Assembly (NCBI GenBank): GCA_965648905.1
Contig: CBFGIT010000001.1
Location: 96,001 to 160,000, forward strand
Reading direction: 5' to 3'
From: a candidate division WOR-3 bacterium
GTDB lineage: Bacteria; Hydrothermota; Tepidihabitantia; Tepidihabitantales; Tepidihabitantaceae
Length of the DNA: 64,000 nt
Below are positions 57,000 to 64,000 of this stretch, one piece after another (positions within the stretch are counted from its first letter, which is position 1; every line of letters starts with the position of its first letter). The translations under genes were made by a program, and so were the position numbers. Under the pieces are notes generated by a model. The model did not search any database. It saw only the letters and a list, made by a program, of their open reading frames with translations, and was not told the DNA's origin.

Positions 57000-58562
57000 C
57001 TAGTCCACAAGCACGAGTTTTGCTGTGCCTTCCGGAGAAGTGCCAGCCCGGCGGACGAAGTACAGGCCGGGCCCAAGCCGCCCGGACGACTGTCGAACCA
57101 GTTGGCCGCTGGCATCGTAAACTTGAACCTGAGTTCCAGATGGTGCGGTAATGCCGAGCCGGCTGCGGCTGACGGTCGGGCCAACCCCAGGCCACAGGCG
57201 TGCGGCGGAGGGCATAGCGCGCTCTCCTGCCCCGACCAACTGATGCGCACCGGCAAGCTTGGCAATGGTGGCGACTGTGGCTTTGACGACTTCAGTGTAC
57301 ATCGGCAAATTGTTGGTGCCGCAGTCAACATAGTGGAACGGGCCGATGGTATCGCCGGTCGTGTGGTACTTGGGCGTGCGGTCGTGGTACCTTCCCCGAA
57401 TCGCAAGATAGCCATAGCGCCAGAACGAGGCGTGGTCCGAGTTGGCGGTGTTGAGCATGGTATCCTTTGCCTTGAGCTCGGTGAAGGTGTCGGCCAGGGC
57501 AAGGAAGTAGAGCGCCATGTTCCGGGTCTCAGGCAGGTTCGAGGTCCAGACCACGGTAATCGAGTCGTCGCGGCCGTAGGAGACCATGTCGAAGTTGATG
57601 GCAAGTGCAATCGAGTCGCCGCGCTGGCGGCAGGCGTAGACAAAGCTGTCCGACCCGACCAAACCCTGTTCTTCGCCTGAGAACCCGAGGAACCAGACCG
57701 TGTTCTCGAACTCGATATCGGCGCAGACCCGGGCAACCTCAAGCACTGTGCCCATGCCTGAGGCATTATCGTCTGAGCCGGGCGCATAGCCGGAAGGGGC
57801 GAGTTCCGATGTATTATCGATGTGGCCGCTGACAACGTAGATGCGGTTCGGGTTGACCGTGCCGCGCTTGACTCCGATGACGTTCGGTGCGTAGTTCGCC
57901 CGGAACGTGTGCAGGGCGGTCGAGTCGCAGTTGTACTCTTCAAGCCGGGCGCGTACCCAGTTGGCTGCGCTGCGGCAGGAGTCGGTGGTTGAATAGCGGG
58001 TGAAGAACGCGATGAGCCGACGCAGGAACGCCTCAAGCGTATCCTGGCTGACGCGACTGACCAAGGTCCAGACCAGACTGTCATCGACAACGCAGGGTTC
58101 GGGTTGCCGGAGCTGGCTGAAAACCATTGGCCGCATCGGAATGCGGCAAAGTTCGACCGGCAGTTGGTTGAGGCTCGTGATACCGTCTTCGGTTGTGCGC
58201 AGGAGTACGCCGGACTGGTCTCGGGCCAGCACATCGCCCCAGCCGGCCAGCGCGTCCTGGTCAATGCCGCGGTCGCTGCTGACGTAGACGTAGCACCGGG
58301 CAGAAGGACGAAGGTCGAAGTCCGAAGGTCTAAGCTGGTCAAGCTGCTCGACAATGAAGCCACGGGCCAGACTCGCCGGCGTGGCCGTCCCGACTCTCGC
58401 GATGCAGCCGTCGCCAAGCAGGAAGAGCACGTCAGCACCAGCCTGGGCAACGTCGGCCGGGGTCTGGCTCGGCCCAAGCCGGATACGAACCAGCAGGTCG
58501 TCGGCCCCAGCCAGAGCGCCCCACAGGCAGAACACGGTTATCGCCATCCTCATTGGCTTCAT
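57000..58562 (-). CDS. M28 family peptidase (paralog of 53844-55457)
   Basis: GHID, GSDDNASG, GEEQGL, NFDM, SDH, YHT. Confidence 0.88.
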   Translation of the reverse strand: MKPMRMAITVFCLWGALAGADDLLVRIRLGPSQTPADVAQAGADVLFLLGDGCIARVGTATPASLARGFIVEQLDQLRPSDFDLRPSARCYVYVSSDRGIDQDALAGWGDVLARDQSGVLLRTTEDGITSLNQLPVELCRIPMRPMVFSQLRQPEPCVVDDSLVWTLVSRVSQDTLEAFLRRLIAFFTRYSTTDSCRSAANWVRARLEEYNCDSTALHTFRANYAPNVIGVKRGTVNPNRIYVVSGHIDNTSELAPSGYAPGSDDNASGMGTVLEVARVCADIEFENTVWFLGFSGEEQGLVGSDSFVYACRQRGDSIALAINFDMVSYGRDDSITVVWTSNLPETRNMALYFLALADTFTELKAKDTMLNTANSDHASFWRYGYLAIRGRYHDRTPKYHTTGDTIGPFHYVDCGTNNLPMYTEVVKATVATIAKLAGAHQLVGAGERAMPSAARLWPGVGPTVSRSRLGITAPSGTQVQVYDASGQLVRQSSGRLGPGLYFVRRAGTSPEGTAKLVLVD

Positions 58563-58848
58563 GGCACAAGATGGTAGGCGCTTTGATGTGCCGTGTCAAC
58601 GTGCGCTCCGGGTCGTGCTTGCATTGCCGGCTTGCTCAGGTATGATACCGCCACGCTGTCAATGCACTGTTCCTGATTATGGCCAGACACATCACCGACC
58701 TGATTCGGCGCCGGCTTCTGGTCTTGTTCGAAGTCACCCCGCCGAGAAAACGGCACACCATTGACAAGGCACATGTTGCCAAGGAACTGCAACCGGTGTA
58801 CACTGAAGAGTCTTCCATGCAAGAGATGCTATCACAGGACTGGAGATA

Positions 58849-59586
58849 ATGAAAAGAATAACCCGCAAGAAGTCCGCATACCGAACCAGCCGTGCCTTGG
58901 GCGCCTCAGCCATCTTCCGTGGCACGAAGATTGAGCGCGCCGGGGGCGAGCGGCTCTGGCAGCATGTTGACCTTCAAGCCGTCGTGGTTCGACACTGGAA
59001 GCTGCTCAAGTCCAGCGCACCCGCGGCTCAGATAAGGAGAGCGCAGCAGATGGCCCTGACCCTGATCCGGCACCACAACAAGCGCGGCATCTGGCACGGC
59101 GAGTACGTCTACGGCATCTTCCTCGGCCGGGCAACACCCAAGGCGCTTACCCTGCTCCACCCGGGCTCTGAACAGGAAATGGCACAACTTAAGCTCTCGT
59201 CCGGGCTACTGCGCCGTCTGCGCGGCCGCTTCGACGACGAGCCGTTCCATGCCGCCCTGCTGGTTGCGACCATCGGGCCCTATGTGACTCAGGAAGTCAA
59301 CCGGTTGACCGCAACCGGCCAGGTTGCCGATGCGTTCTTCCTGCACGGCCTGGCTGCGGAGATGGTTGAAGGCCTTGCCCGGTTCTGCCAGGCGCAGATG
59401 CCGGAGTTTCCGGACTGGGCCCGGGCGGTGCGTTACGGCCCGGGGTCTGAGGTCTGGCCCGGGCTTGACGAGCAGCGCACCGTGTTCGAGGTGCTGATGG
59501 CCGAGCGGATCGGCGTCGAACTGACCAAGACGTGGCAGATTGTGCCCGAGCACTCCTTGAGCGCCATCGTCCTGCCCGCGGTCTAG
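58849..59586 (+). CDS. Stand-alone methionine synthase activation-domain-like protein
   Basis: VATIG, LHGLAAEMVEGLA, RYGPG, IGVELT..IVPEHSLSAIV. Confidence 0.75.
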   Translation: MKRITRKKSAYRTSRALGASAIFRGTKIERAGGERLWQHVDLQAVVVRHWKLLKSSAPAAQIRRAQQMALTLIRHHNKRGIWHGEYVYGIFLGRATPKALTLLHPGSEQEMAQLKLSSGLLRRLRGRFDDEPFHAALLVATIGPYVTQEVNRLTATGQVADAFFLHGLAAEMVEGLARFCQAQMPEFPDWARAVRYGPGSEVWPGLDEQRTVFEVLMAERIGVELTKTWQIVPEHSLSAIVLPAV

Positions 59587-59629
59587 CCGCCGGTCGCACC
59601 GCAGAATCAGCCCTGACCGCGATAACTTG

Positions 59630-59658
59630 TTGACAGGGCTGTCGGTTGCGGCTATAAT
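59630..59658 (+). promoter_or_regulatory. Consensus sigma70 promoter of the polysaccharide operon
   Basis: TTGACA-17-TATAAT. Confidence 0.85.
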
Positions 59659-59795
59659 AAAACTGCGTCAGATTCAGGCTCCCGGCAGAGGAGCTTCCCG
59701 GCAGTAAGACCCTTTTGACAAACTGACCACCGCGATGCGGCAGTAGTGTCCGCATGGTCTGCGGCCGCGTGGCCGCAAAAACTTGGAGGAATGGT

Positions 59796-61532
59796 TTGCC
59801 GTACTCGTCCGGGGGAGAGAAGTCTGCCGGGGCAGAACTGCCCCAGCTCGAAGTCCAGAGACAATCATCCGCCGTCACCCGCCAGCAGTCGGTTGCCGTC
59901 ATCGGCACCGGCTACTGGGGAAAGAACCTGGTCCGGGTGTTCAACCGGCTCGGAGCTTTGCGCGCGGTCTGCGACCGTGAACCGGGCCGGCTGACCGGGC
60001 TCGCAACCGGGCCAGACGTGGCACGACTAGACGACCCAGAACAGGTGCTTGCTGACCCGGCAATCGAACGGGTGGTGATTGCCACTCCGGCCAGCACCCA
60101 CTATGAGCTCTGCCGCAAAGCGCTCACCTCGGGCAAAGACGTATTCGTCGAGAAACCGCTGGCCCTGACAGTGCGCGAAGGGGCTGAGCTGGTCGAGCTG
60201 GCCGAGCAGACCGGCCTGATACTTATGGTCGGTCATATCCTCAGATATCATCCGGCGGTGCTCAGGCTGAAGGAGATGATTGACCGCGGCGAGCTGGGCC
60301 GGGTCGAGTACATCTACTCGAACCGGCTCAACCTGGGCAAGCTGCGTACCGAAGAGAACATCCTCTGGAGCTTCGCACCCCATGACATCTCGGTGATCCT
60401 CGCGCTGGCCGGCAGCCTGCCCGAGGCAGTGTCATCCCACGGCGAGGCGATTCTCCAGCGTTCCATCTTCGACGTCACCCTCACCTCGCTCCAGTTTTCT
60501 TCCGATATCCACGCCCACACCTTTGTGTCGTGGTTACATCCATTCAAAGAGCAACGCCTGGTCGTGGTTGGAAGCGAGCAGATGGCGGTGTTTGAGGATT
60601 CGGCGTCTTCGGACAAGCTGACGGTCTATCCGCACCGGGTCGAGTGGCACTCGGGTCGAGTCCCGGTCGCAGTCAAAGGCGAACGCCGGGTCGTGCCGGT
60701 CCCGGCCGAAGAACCGCTGGAGAATGAGTGCTGCCACTTCCTCGAAAGCTGCGCTACCCGGATTCCGCCCCGAACCGACGGGTACGAAGGTCTGGCCGTG
60801 CTCCAGGTCCTGGCTGCGGCTGAAGAGTCGCTCCGGTCCGGTGGCAAGGTTGTGGCCTGCGACCGCAAATGCGAACAACGTGCGCAGGTCAGAATGCAGA
60901 ATGGCGAACGGCGAATGGCGAACGGCGAAAAGCAAGCTTATGTCCACCCGACCGCAATCATCGACCAGGACGTTGAACTCGGAGCCGGTACCAAAGTCTG
61001 GCACTGGACCCATGTCTCCAAAGGAGCCCGCATCGGCCAGAACTGCGTCTTCGGTCAGAATGTCTTTGTCGCCGATAACGTCACGGTCTGCGACAACTGC
61101 AAGGTGCAGAACAATGTATCGCTCTATAAAGGTGTCGTATTAGAACAAGATGTGTTCTGCGGCCCGTCGTGTGTGTTCACGAATGTGCTTGACCCACGGG
61201 CCTTCATCGAAAAGAAGTCAGAGTTCCGGCCTACGCTTGTTCGTCGCGGGGCATCGATTGGTGCAAATGCGACCGTAGTCTGCGGTCACACTTTGGGTGA
61301 GTACTGTCTGGTTGCCGCGGGCGCAGTCGTGACCAAGGACGTACCGGCCCATGCGCTGGTCGCCGGTGTGCCGGCCAAAGTGATAGGCTGGGTCTGCCGT
61401 TGCGGCGCCCGGCTGGCGTTTGAGCCTCAGCCCGGGACCACTCAACATGCTCGATGCGGGACCTGCGGCGAACGCTACACCCGGGACGAGAGCGGAACCG
61501 TGAAGAACGAGAAACAGGAAGAGGTGGCGTGA
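59796..61532 (+). CDS. Fused Gfo/Idh/MocA dehydrogenase and hexapeptide N-acetyltransferase (WbpB/WbpD-like)
   Basis: VIGTGYWG, FVEKPLA, PHD; then YVHPTA, KVQNNVS, VFTNV..PR; TTG start after GGAGGA (start uncertain). Confidence 0.88.
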   Translation: MPYSSGGEKSAGAELPQLEVQRQSSAVTRQQSVAVIGTGYWGKNLVRVFNRLGALRAVCDREPGRLTGLATGPDVARLDDPEQVLADPAIERVVIATPASTHYELCRKALTSGKDVFVEKPLALTVREGAELVELAEQTGLILMVGHILRYHPAVLRLKEMIDRGELGRVEYIYSNRLNLGKLRTEENILWSFAPHDISVILALAGSLPEAVSSHGEAILQRSIFDVTLTSLQFSSDIHAHTFVSWLHPFKEQRLVVVGSEQMAVFEDSASSDKLTVYPHRVEWHSGRVPVAVKGERRVVPVPAEEPLENECCHFLESCATRIPPRTDGYEGLAVLQVLAAAEESLRSGGKVVACDRKCEQRAQVRMQNGERRMANGEKQAYVHPTAIIDQDVELGAGTKVWHWTHVSKGARIGQNCVFGQNVFVADNVTVCDNCKVQNNVSLYKGVVLEQDVFCGPSCVFTNVLDPRAFIEKKSEFRPTLVRRGASIGANATVVCGHTLGEYCLVAAGAVVTKDVPAHALVAGVPAKVIGWVCRCGARLAFEPQPGTTQHARCGTCGERYTRDESGTVKNEKQEEVA

Positions 61533-62653
61533 TGATCCCGATGCTTGACCTGAAGCGTGAGTATGAGTTCATGAAGCAGGATATCGATGCAGCTCTGAGC
61601 CGGGCCATGGAGCACCAAGCCTGGATTATGGGGCCTGAGGTGAAGGAGCTGGAGACTAAGGTTGCCGAGTACATCGGCACCCGCTTCGCCCTGGGTTGTG
61701 CGTCAGGAACCGATGCATTGGTCCTGGCCCTGCGTGCGCTGGCGCATGTTCGACACGGCAAGGAGTACTTCAGCCGCGAGGACGAGGTCATCACCACTTC
61801 GTTCACGTTCACCGCGACCGGCGATGCCATCATCCGGGCGGGCGCGACTCCGGTGTTCGTGGACATCGAGCCCGGAACTTTCAATCTGGACCCGGCTCTG
61901 GTGCGCGCCGCAATCACCCCCCGTACAGTCGGAATCGTCCCGGTCCATCTCTACGGTCAGGCCTGTCGGATGGATGAAGTGATGGCGATTGCCCGTGAAC
62001 ACAGGCTGTTTGTGGTTGAGGATGTGGCCCAGGCATTTGGCGCCAGCCTCGCCGGCACAAAATGCGGAGCCTGGGGTGATTGCGGTGCATTCAGCTTTTT
62101 CCCGTCAAAGAACCTGGGCGGGTTCGGCGACGCCGGCATGGTCACGACCAGTGACCCGGCTCTGGCCGCAATGGTCGACATGCTCCGCCGGCACGGGGGC
62201 AAGGACAAGTACAACGTCGACCATCTGGGCTACAACAGCCGGCTGGACACACTCCAGGCCGCGGTTCTCCTTGCCAAACTGAAGCACCTTGACACGTTCA
62301 ACAGTCTGCGCCGGCGGATTGCCGGCCACTACTCACAGGCCTTCACTTCGCTTTCGGGTATTACCATTCCAACTGCCTGCAACGGGAATCATGTGTTCCA
62401 CCAGTATACCATCCGCTCCCGCAGCCGCGACCGCCTCGCCGAAGAACTGAAGAAACGCGGGGTCGCGACCATGGTCTACTACCCCGTGCCCCTGCATCAG
62501 ATGAAGGTCTTTGCCGGCCGCTCCTGCACCCCCGCCCCGCTCGAGCATTCGGAAGAAGCCTCCCGGGAAGTCCTCAGCCTGCCGATTGAGCCGCTACTCT
62601 CCGACAAGGAGCTCGCACTGATTGTGACCGCAGTAACCGAGGCGGCCACGTGA
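61532..62653 (+). CDS. DegT/DnrJ/EryC1/StrS aminotransferase (WbpE-like)
   Basis: SGTDAL, PVHLYGQ, EDVAQA, SFFPSKNLGGFGDAG, NSRLDTLQA. Confidence 0.93.
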   Translation: MIPMLDLKREYEFMKQDIDAALSRAMEHQAWIMGPEVKELETKVAEYIGTRFALGCASGTDALVLALRALAHVRHGKEYFSREDEVITTSFTFTATGDAIIRAGATPVFVDIEPGTFNLDPALVRAAITPRTVGIVPVHLYGQACRMDEVMAIAREHRLFVVEDVAQAFGASLAGTKCGAWGDCGAFSFFPSKNLGGFGDAGMVTTSDPALAAMVDMLRRHGGKDKYNVDHLGYNSRLDTLQAAVLLAKLKHLDTFNSLRRRIAGHYSQAFTSLSGITIPTACNGNHVFHQYTIRSRSRDRLAEELKKRGVATMVYYPVPLHQMKVFAGRSCTPAPLEHSEEASREVLSLPIEPLLSDKELALIVTAVTEAAT

Positions 62654-62688
62654 AAGGGGAAGGACAGCGGCAAAAGGCAGAATAGAGA

Positions 62689-64000
62689 ATGCAGACTGCG
62701 GAGTGCGGACCGGCCGGAGCGCAGGGCGCAGGGCGCAGGGCGTCCCTGGTGGCGATGCTGGCCGGAACAGCAGCCCTGCTGGTTGCCCTCGGGGCCTGGT
62801 TTGGCCCGCGGCTCTGGCTGCCTGTTCTCGGCCTCGGTCTCGCCGCCGCGCTGCTGAAGTGGCCCGAGGTATGCCTGCTGCTCTTCCTCACCGCGGGCAC
62901 GTTCAAGCTGGAGCTGGCGACCCTGCTTCAGTCCGAGATTGACGTCACCCTGGTTCTTGCCTTGGTCCTGGGGCTTGGTCTGGGCCTGCGCCTTCTCCGC
63001 CCACCGTCATCACCCCTCAATCAGCAGTTATCCATCACTCGTCACTCATCACCATTTCTTCCCTTCCTCGGCCTTGCCCTCCTCGTGCTGGTATCTGCGC
63101 TGGTTCACCCCGACACAACCTATGGCTCGGCCAAGGCGGTCCGTTTTGCCAGCCTGACCGGGCTGGCGCTCGCTGCCGGGTACATGGTTCTGAAGGACCG
63201 CGCGCGGCTGACGCGATTCCTTGCCGGCAGTGCCCTGATGGGGGTAATGATGGTAGTCATGGGCCGCGTCACCTCTGCCGGCCTGACCGCGTTCAACGCC
63301 ACCCACATCGCCACCGGCCGAATCATCGGACTGGGCCTGCTTGGCGCGCTGTACCTGATGCTCCGTGTCCGGAGCAAACCGGGCCGGGTTGTGCTGCTCG
63401 CCGCGATCGTAGCGCTCGGTTTCGGTTTTCTGTATTCGGGCAGCCGGGGCAGCCTGGTCGCGCTTCTGGCAAGCGTGCTCTCTGTTGCCGTGGCTGCGTT
63501 CCGGTTCCGCCGGGGTCGGCGTCTGGTGATTGCCATGGCTGTGGTCCTGGGGCTGGCCGCCACAACTGTCACGTTCGTGTTTCCGGCTGCGGCCGAGACA
63601 ATGAACTCGCGGGTTGTCGCGGTCTTTGAGGACGCAGGTTCGGTCGGCTCGGCAACAGGACGGCTGCACCGGGCCGAGGACGCCTTGGAGCTATTCCGCG
63701 ACCATCTAGTGTTCGGGGTCGGCATCGGCGGGTTCGACTTGGCGCGCGGGTATGCGGACGGTCAGCGCGGAGATTACGCGCACAACATCCTGCTCGAGGT
63801 CGGCTGCGAACTGGGGATACTTGGTCTGGCCCTGCTCCTCGCCCTGATACTTCCAGCCCTGTCCCGCTCAACCCGGGCTCTGGCCCTGACCCGGACCCGG
63901 GACGAGTTCGCGACTGCGGCGGTGCTCCTTGCAGTACTCGTCTACTTCCTGGTCAATGCCATGTTTTCCGGTGACCTGAACGACAACCGCCTCCTCTTTG
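62689..64000 (+). CDS. O-antigen ligase/Wzy family protein (runs off the right edge)
   Basis: Hydrophobic open frame from ATG 62689; SGSRG, FGVGIGGF, YAHNILLEVGCELGILG. Confidence 0.85.
   Translation, partial: MQTAECGPAGAQGAGRRASLVAMLAGTAALLVALGAWFGPRLWLPVLGLGLAAALLKWPEVCLLLFLTAGTFKLELATLLQSEIDVTLVLALVLGLGLGLRLLRPPSSPLNQQLSITRHSSPFLPFLGLALLVLVSALVHPDTTYGSAKAVRFASLTGLALAAGYMVLKDRARLTRFLAGSALMGVMMVVMGRVTSAGLTAFNATHIATGRIIGLGLLGALYLMLRVRSKPGRVVLLAAIVALGFGFLYSGSRGSLVALLASVLSVAVAAFRFRRGRRLVIAMAVVLGLAATTVTFVFPAAAETMNSRVVAVFEDAGSVGSATGRLHRAEDALELFRDHLVFGVGIGGFDLARGYADGQRGDYAHNILLEVGCELGILGLALLLALILPALSRSTRALALTRTRDEFATAAVLLAVLVYFLVNAMFSGDLNDNRLLF

Noticed and set aside
53844..58562. M28 paralog similarity as a DGR template/variable repeat pair
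   Set aside because: Differences are not adenine-specific, similarity spans whole genes, and no reverse transcriptase is present.
58600..58848. Cobalamin or SAM riboswitch before the MetH-activation-like gene
   Set aside because: No B12-box or S-box consensus recognisable by eye; an Infernal/Rfam scan would settle it.

Overview
GC-rich bacterial chromosome segment; gene content is consistent with a WOR-3-like candidate-phylum diderm (inference, not proven). Left to right: housekeeping genes (smc, LCP protein, der, a degenerate HemN-like gene, lepB); a complete type III-A CRISPR-Cas locus (cas6-cas10-csm2-5, CARF-HEPN effector, cas1, cas2). Its array is invaded four times by a ~125-bp palindromic heptamer-repeat element and ends in a 395-bp ORF-bearing giant spacer. 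Next is an envelope redox operon with two in-frame UGA (UxxC) selenoprotein candidates that the ORF track splits or misses, then lipA and an MFS transporter. An ~18-kb co-oriented operon (30.1-47.9 kb) joins a tubulin/FtsZ-like GTPase, an atypical Hsp70, two membrane-anchored GrpE-like proteins and two vWA proteins; this is the best candidate for an undescribed system. It is followed by a cluster of small Cys-rich genes including a stand-alone DnaJ-type zinc finger, an XRE regulator with a perfect 32-bp operator, two M28 peptidases, and the start of a polysaccharide locus. All family calls come from motif recognition by eye; no database searches were run.
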